A stretch of DNA of 64,000 nt. Source: Nitrosopumilus sp. (GTDB lineage Archaea > Thermoproteota > Nitrososphaeria > Nitrososphaerales > Nitrosopumilaceae). Location of the stretch: positions 1,216,001 through 1,280,000 of the forward strand of contig OZ242041.1 in NCBI GenBank assembly GCA_965205215.1, given 5' to 3'. Of this stretch, positions 26,355 through 42,319 are shown in pieces (position 1 is the first letter of the stretch; every line of letters begins with the position of its first letter). The notes under the pieces were generated by a model. The model did no database searches, was not told where the DNA came from, and saw nothing but the letters and a program-made list of their open reading frames with translations. A program made the translations under genes and the position numbers.

Positions 26355-29300
26355 ATGGGTGGATCAAGCGGCATGGAGACATCCCTCGGAAAGTTCCAGA
26401 AGTTGTTGCGCGAGATGTTCCAGTTTGACTGCGCCGATCTGGACTTTGGCATCTATCGCATCATGAACCACAAGCGTGATGCCATTGAGAAATTCATACA
26501 GAAGACACTGCCAGAAAGGATTGCCACCGCGCTGGATGACGAATACGAGCAGAAGGCTAGGGCATCGGCAGCCTTGGATGAGATGGCGCAGCGCGTCAAA
26601 AATACGCTCGGGCCGAAAGCCGTAGGACCCGATATGGAGCTGGCCAAAGTCTACTCCGATACTACGATCGGCCGCGAATACCTGAAGGTCAAAGCACGGG
26701 CGGCTGACATGGGTGACCGCGCCGCTGTCGAAGCTGACATCTACATGAAATTGCATGATTTTTTCAGCCGTTACTATCAGGAGGGTGACTTTATATCCAA
26801 ACGCCGCATTTCCGGAAGCCGATACCGTTATGCCGTACCGTATAATGGTGAGGAGGTCTACTTCCACTGGGCCAACAGCGACCAGTACTACGTCAAGACC
26901 GTCGAACATTTTCACGACTACGACTGGCGGGCTCCTGACGGTTCGACTGTCAGGTTCGAGCTTCGGAAAGCCGACGTGGAGCACAACAACATCAAGGGAG
27001 ACAGGCGGTTCTTTCTGCCGATGATCGGCAAGATGCGGTGTGATGGGACAACCAAAAAGGTTGTTGTTCCTTTCGAGTACCGGCCCCTCACGCCTCACGA
27101 AGAGCAAGAATACGGCAAGAGGGGACAGCAGGACAAGATTGTTTCTGCCGCCGCTGAAGCAATTTTGAACAAAGTAAACGCGCTGTCGCCGAACCTTTCT
27201 GTTGCGCTCTGCGGGGGGGGGGGGGGGGTGGAATCACAGCGACAAAGATTCTGTGTCCACTGAAGTACCATCTGAAGCAGTACGTGCAGCGTAATTCATC
27301 CGATTTTTTCATCCACAAGGATCTGAAGGGATTTTTGTCGCGCGAGTTGGATTCTTACCTGAAAAACGAAGTGCTGGACTTGGACGAGATGGAACGCGCG
27401 GGCGAGCAGAGGGCCGAGGGATGGTTCCAGACGATGCGATTGATCAAGTCCGTGGGCAACAGCATCATTGACTTCTTGTCGCAGATCGAGAACTTCCAGA
27501 AGATGCTCTGGGAAAAGCGAAAGTTCGTCACCGGGACCCATTATTGCATCTCGGTGGGAAGCATACCCGCCCGATTCCATCAGACGATTGCCGGAAACGA
27601 GGCGCAGTGGTCCGAATGGCAAGATCTGTTCGGAGTTGGCAAAGACAAGGCGGGTCTCTTCAACGGAGATCAGGATGTGATGGGCAGACGCATTACCTTG
27701 TTGCAAACACATCCCACGCTAATGATTGACACCCAGCACTTTGACCGAGAGTTTACGGATGAACTGCTGGCAGTCTTCGACAATCTGGACGGGATGACGG
27801 ATGGGCTGCTCGTTCACAGCGAAAACTGGCAGGCGCTTAACCTGTTGACGGAGACGTATTCGGAAGACGTAAAGTGCATTTACATCGATCCCCCGTACAA
27901 CACCGACGCATCTGCTATTCTCTACAAGAACGGATACAAGGATTCCTCTTGGCTCTCCCTGATGGAAAACAGGCTTTCGATCTCCTTGAGAGTCTTGGAG
28001 GAAGACGGCATCCTGTGCTCTGCCATAGATGACGTGGAATATTCGAACCTCAACAAACTGCTGAAGAGTGTGTTCGGACACGGATCGAGCCTGGGAAATG
28101 CGGTAGTTCGGAGTGCCCCCTCCGGCCGCTCCACCCCTACGGGCTTCTCCTCGGCGCATGAATACGCCCTGTTTTTCGGCAAGACACATGAGGCAAAAGC
28201 AGGAAAGCTCCACCGATCGCAAAGACAGATAGACCGTTACAAGGAGGAGGATGAGGAGGGGCGCTTTGAGTGGGTTCCTTTCCGCAAGCATGGCGGGGCA
28301 GCCGCGTATAGAGAAAAGCGCCCACGAATGTTTTATCCAATATTTGTTGATGGCAATGGAAACGTGCGCATACCGGCCGCAACTTGGTTCGATGCCAAAG
28401 ACGAATGGCGTGTTGACGACGGTCAGAGGAAGGGTGAGACTACAGTCTGGCCTATCAACAGCGCCGGCGAGGAAAGAAGGTGGAAATGGGGGATGGATAC
28501 GGCGCGAGAAAAGCTATCGGATCTGCGCGCCAAAGCGAACAAACTGGGTAAGACGGACATCTACATGAAATCCCGTATGAAGCAGGGCACTCTGCCGAGG
28601 ACGTGGTGGGATGACAAAAAATATTCCGTGGCAGAGCATGGTACGGCGTTGCTGGCCAAGCTCTTTGGAGATGTGCGAAGCTTCTCTTTCCCCAAGTCCG
28701 ACAAGCTGATCGAAGACTGCCTCTTGGCCTCTGGTTGTGACAGTGAATCGCGTGTCTTGGACTACTTCGCCGGTTCCGGCACTACAGGCCACGCCGTCAT
28801 CAACCTGAACCGGGAAGACGGGGGCCGGCGCAAGTTTATCCTAGTGGAGATGGGCGAGTATTTCGAAACCGTTCTGCTGCCGCGCATCAAGAAGGTGGTA
28901 TATGCATCCGAATGGAAGGAGGGCAAGCCCCTGCGCATGACTAGGCCCAAGGAAGCGAAGCGGGGCCCCCGCATCATCAAATACATGCGCTTGGAATCCT
29001 ACGAGGACGCGCTGGACAACATAGAGTTCGGCCGCGTAATGGGAAAGCAGGCGCAGGTGGACAGGTTCGACGACTATTTGATTAAATACATGCTCACCTG
29101 GGAGAGCAAGGGAAGCAGCACCCTATTGAACGTGGAGGGACTGGCCACTCCCTTCAGCTACACGCTCCGTTTGCATGTTGATGGGGAGACTAGGGCCCAT
29201 GCCGTAGATATTCCAGAAACGTTCAACTACCTGCTGGGGCTGAACGTTCGCTCACGCCGGACGTATGACGACAGTGGCAGACGCTACCTGGCCTACCGTG

Positions 29301-29521
29301 GCGAGATCAACGGCATCTTGGGCAGGACTGTTGCCATCGTCTGGCGGGAAACGGCCGATTGGAAGCAGGGTGACTTTGAGCGTGACAAGGCATTCGTGGC
29401 GGAGCAGAAAATGATCGCGGAGGCGGACGAGATCTACGTCAACGGAGATTCTCTCATTCCAGGAGTAAAACCGGTGGAAAAACTGTTCCGGGCGCGGATG
29501 TTTGCCGGGACGGACGGATGA
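26355..29521 (+). pseudogene. mod: Type III R-M methyltransferase (Mod), frameshifted at a G16 tract (ORFs 26355..27263 and 27284..29521)
   Basis: N-terminus DLDFGIYRIMN; C-part DPPYN and DYFAGSGTT. The frame break coincides with G16 at 27213-27228. Confidence 0.88.
27213..27228 (+). repeat. G16 homopolymer in mod
   Basis: Counted directly; G14 or G17 restores the frame. Confidence 0.9.
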
Positions 29522-29533
29522 ACGGAGCGGATC

Positions 29534-32500
29534 ATGACCAACGTTCGTCATGTCCGGCAGGACGCGTCAAATCGTGGCCGTTTGGAAAATCGTCTGGTGC
29601 TTTTAGGCTGGTTACACAGCCAGCTCGAGTACGGGTCTACCGCCGAGCTGTTGCGAGACATCAAGGAGGCCGAAGAGGGTTTTGCCTCCGACGGACACAG
29701 CTACGCCTATTCCAGACTGACCTCACGTGTACTGCCCGAAAGAATCAGGGTAAAACTGACAGAATACGACGCGAACATCCGGGCACATCTGAATGCCATA
29801 AACGCCGGCCGTCGCGAACCTTTCACCCTGAAATATTTTCAGTACTTGGCCGTGCTGTACGCCGAAATCTTTCTGGACCACTACTTCAATCACCGCCTCA
29901 CGCTACTGACATCCTTGAATGGGTGGGTTGACCGGTGCAACGAGCAAATTCTGCCCGGCGGGCGCGCATACGAGAAGTTTCGGGAAACCAACCTGAGTAA
30001 GCTCGCTTTTTGGATGGCCACCGGCAGCGGCAAGACATTGGTAATGCATCTCAACTACCTGCAATTCATGCACTACAACAGCGAGCCGCTGGACAACATA
30101 CTGCTGGTCACGCCCAACGAAGGGCTGAGCAACCAGCACATGCGCGAGCTGCGCGACTCCGGCATACCTGCGGCTCGCTTTGACTTGCGCAATGACCGCC
30201 TAGGGATAGGACTCGACTCGGTTAAGGTAATTGAGATTACCAAGCTTGCATCCGAAAAGCGCGGTGAAGGGGCAAGCGTCACAGTTGACGCGTTTGAGGG
30301 AACCAACCTGATTCTCGTGGACGAGGGGCATAAGGGATCCGGCGGGCAGGCATGGCGGAGCGTACGCGACGCTCTGGGCGCGACCGGTTTCACCTTCGAG
30401 TACAGCGCCACCTTCGGGCAGGCATTGACGGCCGCAAAAGACGACGAACTGGTTGAGGAGTATGGGAAGGCCATAGCATTTGACTACCACTACCGCCACT
30501 TTTACGACGACGGGTATGGTAAAGACTTCCATATCATCAATCTGAGAGAGGAGCCGGCCGGGGGCCAGACCGACACACTGCTGCTGGCCAACCTGCTATC
30601 CTTCTATGAGCAGCACCTCATATTTGCGGAACATGGAGAGGAGCTGCGGCCCTACAACGTGGAAAAGCCGCTGTGGGTGTTCGTAGGCAGCAGTGTCCAG
30701 CCCAAACCAACCAAGCGGATGCGCAGTGACATTCTGACTGTCGTACACTTCCTGCACCGCCTGCTGGCCGACAGGAGATGGGCCACAGAAACCATCGGTC
30801 GTCTGCTTGAGGGCAGGTCCGGCTTGGAGGACAACGGCGGGAATGACATCTTTCTTGACAAGTTTCGTTACCTGCGCAACAGCCAAGTCAATACAGCATC
30901 TACATACACAGACATTCTGAAGAGAGTGTTGCATGCAGACTCTCCTGGAGGGCTTCACTTGTACGACATACGAGGCGGCGACGGCGAATTGGGTCTCAAG
31001 GCAGCCGGCTCACAACACTACTTTGGGCTGATCAACATAGGCGATGACAACCAATTCAAAAAACAGGTCGAATCGGACAGCGCGGGCATCGTCATAGAGC
31101 AGGATCCTCTCACGCCGTCGCTGTTCGATGACATCAACAACCCCGACACGAACGTCGAGATACTGATCGGCGCCAAGAAGTTCGCGGAGGGTTGGAACTC
31201 ATGGCGCGTCTCCGCCATGGGGCTGCTCAATATCGGAACAAGTGAGGGCTCCCAGATAATACAGCTGTTCGGGCGAGGTGTTAGGCTGCGCGGTTTGGAC
31301 ATGAGTCTGAAGCGCAGCTCTGCGCTAACCGACATTCGTCCTCCTCCCACTCCGTACATCCGGGAGTTGGAGGTGCTCAACATATTCGCGCTGCGCGCCA
31401 ACTACATGCACCAATTCCGCAAGGATCTGGAGGCAGAAGGCGCCGCCGTTCACGGGACGGTGGAGATTAATCTGCCCATACGTCCAAACCGCGAGCTTCT
31501 GGGGCACGGCTTGGTCGTTCCGCGCCTGTGTGAAGGCGCAAGCTTCTTGGACAACGCCCTGGTTCTCGGCATAGACGCTGGGGTAGACGTCAAGGTGAAC
31601 CTGTCACCCAAGATTGACCTGATAACCAGCGGCGTGGACGGGGTGATGAAAACGTCAGTCATACCGTCCGACTACAAGCGCATCCCTGATGACATCTTGG
31701 ATCTGGTCGACATGTCGGACATCTATGCCGAGCTGTTGGAATACAAGAAGATATCTGGATGGCACAACATGATCGTGCGCCCTGATGCGCCGGAGATGAT
31801 ATTGAGGACGGGCAAGTATCAAATAGCCGCGGACGACTCTGTGCTGCGCCCCGCCTCCTTCGACGATGTGCGGCATCTGCAGAAGGCCGCGGCAATCGTA
31901 GTTACAAAGTACGCAGATCGGTTTTATCGCATACTGAAAGAGCGATGGGCGCGCAATAGGATGTCCTATCAGGCCCTAGATAAGGGTGACTACAATTTCC
32001 AAGATTATACTGTCGAGATTCCATCTGACAAAGAAGGTCTAGTTTCGGCCGTGTGTAACCTAGTTGAGGAGGGTGACAGGATCCACAGGGAGGAAAACGA
32101 CACCCTCCCGAATGTCCACTTCGACCGGCATCTGTACCAACCTCTTCTGCTGGCTCGCGAAAATGATGTCAGGATTTACCCGCCCGGGCTGACGGAAGGC
32201 GAGGCAAGGTTTGTCCGACACCTACGGGAGTACTGCGCGGACAAAAAGGACACCGTATTGGCCGGCAAAGAGGTATTCTTGTTGCGGAATCTCGGTCGGG
32301 GCAAGGGTGTGGGCTTCTTCCAGACCTACGGCTTTTACCCTGACTTTATACTGTGGGTCAAGTCAGGCAATGTGCAGAGAATAGTGTTCGTCGAGCCGCA
32401 CGGTATGCGCCAAGAAGATGCGCCGGATCATAGCGAAAAGGTGCAGCTCCACCGCACTATACGGGAACTGGCAGGTGAGATTGGACGCAGGCCTGGTATG

Positions 32501-32677
32501 GCGGATGTTACGTTGGACGCGTATATAGTGTCGGAGACTGCATTTGAAGATGTGGCTAAACGGTACGGTGGTGATTGGAATCGGCGGCGATTCGTGGATG
32601 AGTGTCATATCTTGTTTCCGGAACGCGGCATCGATTATGATTATCTGAAAGAGATCATTTGTGAAAATGACATGTAG
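29534..32677 (+). CDS. res: Type III R-M restriction subunit (Res)
   Basis: MATGSGKT, VDEGH, YSATF, EGWNS, QLFGRGVR, C-terminal YPDFILW..FVEPH; directly follows mod. Confidence 0.9.
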   Translation: MTNVRHVRQDASNRGRLENRLVLLGWLHSQLEYGSTAELLRDIKEAEEGFASDGHSYAYSRLTSRVLPERIRVKLTEYDANIRAHLNAINAGRREPFTLKYFQYLAVLYAEIFLDHYFNHRLTLLTSLNGWVDRCNEQILPGGRAYEKFRETNLSKLAFWMATGSGKTLVMHLNYLQFMHYNSEPLDNILLVTPNEGLSNQHMRELRDSGIPAARFDLRNDRLGIGLDSVKVIEITKLASEKRGEGASVTVDAFEGTNLILVDEGHKGSGGQAWRSVRDALGATGFTFEYSATFGQALTAAKDDELVEEYGKAIAFDYHYRHFYDDGYGKDFHIINLREEPAGGQTDTLLLANLLSFYEQHLIFAEHGEELRPYNVEKPLWVFVGSSVQPKPTKRMRSDILTVVHFLHRLLADRRWATETIGRLLEGRSGLEDNGGNDIFLDKFRYLRNSQVNTASTYTDILKRVLHADSPGGLHLYDIRGGDGELGLKAAGSQHYFGLINIGDDNQFKKQVESDSAGIVIEQDPLTPSLFDDINNPDTNVEILIGAKKFAEGWNSWRVSAMGLLNIGTSEGSQIIQLFGRGVRLRGLDMSLKRSSALTDIRPPPTPYIRELEVLNIFALRANYMHQFRKDLEAEGAAVHGTVEINLPIRPNRELLGHGLVVPRLCEGASFLDNALVLGIDAGVDVKVNLSPKIDLITSGVDGVMKTSVIPSDYKRIPDDILDLVDMSDIYAELLEYKKISGWHNMIVRPDAPEMILRTGKYQIAADDSVLRPASFDDVRHLQKAAAIVVTKYADRFYRILKERWARNRMSYQALDKGDYNFQDYTVEIPSDKEGLVSAVCNLVEEGDRIHREENDTLPNVHFDRHLYQPLLLARENDVRIYPPGLTEGEARFVRHLREYCADKKDTVLAGKEVFLLRNLGRGKGVGFFQTYGFYPDFILWVKSGNVQRIVFVEPHGMRQEDAPDHSEKVQLHRTIRELAGEIGRRPGMADVTLDAYIVSETAFEDVAKRYGGDWNRRRFVDECHILFPERGIDYDYLKEIICENDM

Positions 32678-32812
32678 CTTTGCATGTAATAAAACGAATA
32701 AATTAATTTGCACAAGTTCATGATCTTCTCCGAGGTTGAGAGCCGTCTACGACCACAGATTCTGTATGTTGTGAGGTGTTGGCCTGTTACCGTGATTATA
32801 CAAAAAGATATA

Positions 32813-35800
32813 ATGTCACCACAGCGTAATGTGCGCATGCATAAACACCTTACTGTCCGTATGGCATGGCATGACAACAACTGGGATGGCAAAGTGTGTC
32901 AGAACCCCGAAGAAAACATCTATTGCGTTGGAAGACACTCCCTACTCTCTGAGAGGTTGAGCCGGAGACGCATACTGTCAACAGAATCTACAAACGCTGG
33001 AAAGTGTCTTGACAAGTTGGGGGATTATATTCCGCCCTGTTTTTGGACCTCAAACGCGTTTTCTAATAAATCTGTCAATGTGCGACACGATCATCCATTT
33101 CTAAAGTATGAGAAAACCCATCAAGTACGAGAAAAACTCTCGAGCTATTCTGTATTTACGTGGCCGTTTAAGCTGTCGTTTAGCAACTCACAAGCGGACG
33201 GAAATTATCCTCCTGATCTTGAAGATCGTATTGATAGATTCATGTCAAAATTCACACCCCGAGAATCAATTGTCTTTTTTTATCTAAACTACGACAATCC
33301 AATCTCTGCAGACGAAAACAAGTACGTCCTTGTAGGATGCTCCACTTTAGCTGGCATGAAAAAGAGTGGGCATTTTGACTTTGGTTCAGAGCTATCAAAG
33401 ATCCGCAAAGGCCCCGGTATGAAGAATTTTCCCACCCTTAACTGGGCTCTCAATGTCTCTTACAACTTTGAGGATGAAGGAATCCTGCTCCCATACAAAG
33501 AGTACCTAGACCACATTAAGGATAATCCCGACGACAAGTACAAGCTCGATGAGATGCGAATCGTGATAGACGAGGAGGGGATGATTCCAAACTTCAAATA
33601 TGTGGCAATAGACATGGACGACGACTCCTGCATATACCTGCTGACAAAGATGAGGAACTCACTCTCTAAGATCAAAAATCATGACATACTTGATCCTGCA
33701 CGTACACAAAAATACATGCGCGTGATTGAAACTCTGCTTGAAAGAACATGGAAGCTTCGCGGAACGCACCCGGGTCTTGGAAACGTCTTGGATGTTGCAA
33801 TGCAACTAAACGAAGAGGATTATGGAACCGGTGATGAGATAGTAAGACTTGTCGCGCATCATAATGATGCAAAGCACGTCATGCCGGAGATCTTTTCTAT
33901 ACTATCTGGAGATTCCGAAATCCCAGATTATCTAGATGGATACTGCGGAAACCTAATGGAAGAAGCTAAGTCACAACGCATGAAGTGGGGGCTAGGACTC
34001 TTGCAAAAACTCTCGCTCTTTTCCCTGACTCACGGGCAGATCATAAATATACTAGAGGAAACCCCTAGTTGCCTTGGCCAGATCACGGAGATCAACAAGA
34101 TAGAATCTAACCCATACCTACTCTGCGAAGAGTATAATCCTACGGAACAAACTCACACGGACGACGGTGTATCTTCTTGGGACAAAAAAATCGGAACATT
34201 TGTGATTGATGTGGGCATGTTTCCAGATCCGAAATTTCTCAGAAGAAACTCCAAGCTGCAAAATCTGAGGCCTGATTCTCCGGAGAGATTACGTGCCATA
34301 ATCATAGATCATCTAAAATCTCTAGAAGGGAGAGGAGACTGTTACTCTTCACTTACTGAGATTGTAAAACACATACAACAGCATCCACTCTTCTACAAGG
34401 AAAAGATTGCGGTTTCAGCAAATGATGTGGTTTCCAATACGGGGGAATATACAGAACATTTTTGCAAAAGACTGCATATTTCCAATGGAATAGACGGTGC
34501 CCACTATGTCTACCTATTGGAGATATACCAAGCCGAACGCGAGATTGAAAAGTTTATCCGAACCCTGCTTGAACGCCCAAATTATGACACGGACAATGAC
34601 ATACAAGGCGCGAATAGGGACATAAATGAAAGCGCAAAAATACTGAAAACAAAGATACACAATTTTCCAGTGGACGAATTTATGTCGGAGCGGAAGCAGC
34701 TCTTTGAGGGAGCTGTTTCAAAATCACTTTATGTGATATCTGGTAGGCCTGGATCAGGAAAGACACGTGCCTTAAAGACGGTCATAGATACGCTGCGGAA
34801 CAAAGGGGAGAAGTTAATGTTGCTTGCCCCCACTGGCAAGGCATCGTTGAGGCTCAAAGAGGCTACCGGACATGATTCCATGACAATTGACAGGCTGATC
34901 AACCAATATGGCTACCGCTGCATGCTTGATGATCTCAGGAACACCACATGTGAGTCACAAAAAACTCTCGATGTAGAGAATATAATAATAGACGAGTCGT
35001 CCATGGTTGACCTTACAAAGCTTACTGTGTTGTTTAGAATGCTCACATCTAAGTCTAGAATTGCCGCAAAGAGGATGATATTTGTAGGGGACGAGAATCA
35101 GCTTCCGCCCATCGGATACGGAAGACCGTTCTATGACTTGATCATAATGATGAAGAGCAGTCCGAGATACAGGGATGCTAACATGATATGGTTGTCTGCC
35201 AACTGCAGGCAGAGATTTGACAGTACAGTTACGGACGTGGCAGAGATATTTCAACGTGATAACAAAAACTACGAGGAGATCTTACCCCGAATAGAAATGG
35301 GCAAATTTTCCTCATCGGGGTTCAAAGTTAGAATATGGGAAAATAAAACAAAGCTTTATTCCATGCTTGATAAAGAGATATCTAGGGTGGCAAAGGAGGT
35401 ACAGGGCGCTGACACCCTTCCGGTCGAGATGGACAAGCAGCTTAACCTGTTACTCGGACTGACGGAATCCGGTCATGCTACAGGGCAAAAACCTGATACT
35501 ATGGAATTGGATAGATTTCAAATACTGAGCCCGTACAATGGAGAATATTTTGGAACACTTGGACTTAACGAATACATTGGAAAGCAGTACAGGAAGAATC
35601 GACACCCTGCAGAATCAAGTATATGGGGAAAGACAATCCCGTTTTTACATTCTGATAAGATCATTTGTATTAAAAATCAATACAGTTATGGATATGGAAG
35701 AAAAATGATGCTCTCCAATGGCTCGATCGGAGTAGTAAACATAGTATATGATAAATACCCAAAGCGTATTTTCTTGTTTCCAGATAGCCAAGAACCTTTG

Positions 35801-36517
35801 ATAAAATTACCGGGTAATTTAGACCATTATGATCTCGCATATGCAATAACCGTGCACAAGTCACAGGGAAGTGAATTTAGCCATACATTCATAGTGATCC
35901 CAGAGAAAAGGGCCATTCTTTCAAGAGAGCTTGTCTATACAGCTTTGACGCGCTCTACGGGCAAAGTTACATTGTTCTTACAGAATGTGGGAGATGTCAG
36001 AAATAATACACGCGCAGCCAATGCAGGAATTCTTGAATATGCCAGAAGTCGCTCAGATATACAACCCAGACTGACATCAATTTTCGAGGCGCCCGAAGAT
36101 CGAAGGAACATGTACCAACCAGAGAAAGGAACATTTGTAAGATCAAAGGCTGAGTACATTATATTTACAGAACTGAGAAAACGGGAAGCAAAATTTGAGT
36201 ATGAACGACCCTGTGATCTTGAGTTGGAAGATGGGAGGAAGATCCCGTTCAAACCTGACTTTACCATATGGACGAAGGATGGAAGAGAATACTATCTTGA
36301 GCATCTGGGAATGTTAGATCGAAAAGATTATGCAGACTGCTGGAGGCGCAGACGGAAATGCTACGAACGGACAGGTTTGGCAGACATGCTAATTACCACA
36401 GATGATCGCAATGGAATAGATGCAGAGAACATAGGCCGGATACTTAACGATCTGGAATCTGGCAGGTTGGAGGCTACTATGGAACCTTCTCTTCATCACT
36501 ATGTGTTGCAAGGATAG
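32813..36517 (+). CDS. RecD-like SF1 helicase with a C-terminal PD-(D/E)xK-like nuclease domain
   Basis: GRPGSGKT, APTGKAS, IDESSM, VGDENQL, AYAITVHKSQGSEF, YTALTR; C-terminus RSKAE..FKPDFTI..YLEHLG. Start chosen at the first plausible ATG. Confidence 0.85.
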   Translation: MSPQRNVRMHKHLTVRMAWHDNNWDGKVCQNPEENIYCVGRHSLLSERLSRRRILSTESTNAGKCLDKLGDYIPPCFWTSNAFSNKSVNVRHDHPFLKYEKTHQVREKLSSYSVFTWPFKLSFSNSQADGNYPPDLEDRIDRFMSKFTPRESIVFFYLNYDNPISADENKYVLVGCSTLAGMKKSGHFDFGSELSKIRKGPGMKNFPTLNWALNVSYNFEDEGILLPYKEYLDHIKDNPDDKYKLDEMRIVIDEEGMIPNFKYVAIDMDDDSCIYLLTKMRNSLSKIKNHDILDPARTQKYMRVIETLLERTWKLRGTHPGLGNVLDVAMQLNEEDYGTGDEIVRLVAHHNDAKHVMPEIFSILSGDSEIPDYLDGYCGNLMEEAKSQRMKWGLGLLQKLSLFSLTHGQIINILEETPSCLGQITEINKIESNPYLLCEEYNPTEQTHTDDGVSSWDKKIGTFVIDVGMFPDPKFLRRNSKLQNLRPDSPERLRAIIIDHLKSLEGRGDCYSSLTEIVKHIQQHPLFYKEKIAVSANDVVSNTGEYTEHFCKRLHISNGIDGAHYVYLLEIYQAEREIEKFIRTLLERPNYDTDNDIQGANRDINESAKILKTKIHNFPVDEFMSERKQLFEGAVSKSLYVISGRPGSGKTRALKTVIDTLRNKGEKLMLLAPTGKASLRLKEATGHDSMTIDRLINQYGYRCMLDDLRNTTCESQKTLDVENIIIDESSMVDLTKLTVLFRMLTSKSRIAAKRMIFVGDENQLPPIGYGRPFYDLIIMMKSSPRYRDANMIWLSANCRQRFDSTVTDVAEIFQRDNKNYEEILPRIEMGKFSSSGFKVRIWENKTKLYSMLDKEISRVAKEVQGADTLPVEMDKQLNLLLGLTESGHATGQKPDTMELDRFQILSPYNGEYFGTLGLNEYIGKQYRKNRHPAESSIWGKTIPFLHSDKIICIKNQYSYGYGRKMMLSNGSIGVVNIVYDKYPKRIFLFPDSQEPLIKLPGNLDHYDLAYAITVHKSQGSEFSHTFIVIPEKRAILSRELVYTALTRSTGKVTLFLQNVGDVRNNTRAANAGILEYARSRSDIQPRLTSIFEAPEDRRNMYQPEKGTFVRSKAEYIIFTELRKREAKFEYERPCDLELEDGRKIPFKPDFTIWTKDGREYYLEHLGMLDRKDYADCWRRRRKCYERTGLADMLITTDDRNGIDAENIGRILNDLESGRLEATMEPSLHHYVLQG

Positions 36518-36629
36518 AAGTACGTCAAATTCATGTCCAAATTCAGAGATCAGATGTATTGAGCGCAATTTAAAAAACGTATTTGCTCAAGTTATAGCGA
36601 CGTTCATAAATTTATGAGCGTCGCTGTAG

Positions 36630-41688
<5,059 letters not shown>

Positions 41689-41730
41689 TGACTTCTCATC
41701 ATATGTCCTGTTTTTCTATATTTCTCTTCT

Positions 41731-42078
41731 CTAACTTGGTGATCCCTGCCTGTGTCTACTGTGTTGGTTCTGATGCCTGTGCGCTGCTGTTGTTCTACCG
41801 TGTGTCTTTTTGGACTGCCACTTTGAGATCCTGCTGTTTAGCCTGCTGATCTCTTCTGTACTATACTGCTTGTGCAGATCCGGCGGCAATAGCAAGAGCA
41901 GTTCGTCAATGGACTTGTCATAGTGGTTTGACCTCTCCCATGCATACTCCAGCGCCCGTACCACGTTGTCTGCTTTTACCTTGCCTGGATCGCTTTTGGG
42001 GCCTATGTATATGGAGCTCTTGCCGGCCTGAAAGTACAGGTACTCGTTTCCCTTTAAGATCTTCACATTCAATGCCAT
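41731..42078 (-). CDS. Small protein divergent from the integrase (possible DNA-binding/directionality factor)
   Basis: MALNVKILKGNEYLYFQAGKSSIYIGP resembles beta-sheet DNA-binding N-termini of archaeal integrases (from memory). Confidence 0.6.
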   Translation of the reverse strand: MALNVKILKGNEYLYFQAGKSSIYIGPKSDPGKVKADNVVRALEYAWERSNHYDKSIDELLLLLPPDLHKQYSTEEISRLNSRISKWQSKKTHGRTTAAHRHQNQHSRHRQGSPS

Positions 42079-42319
42079 TCTGATGTTATCCGATTGTATG
42101 TTATCTTTTTTATACATTTCTGTCATAGTTAGACTGTTTTACGTTAACTATAAATAGGAAGTTAACGTATATTATTCTAACATGGATCCAAACATGGTGT
42201 CGCTGGATGAGTACTGCCAGAATGCGGTTGCTCGCAGTGATGGTGCCTGCACTTCGCACAATGATAAAATACGTGTGGATTGCTGTACATACAGTGAAGT
42301 CACCGAAAGGTTGACCGAT

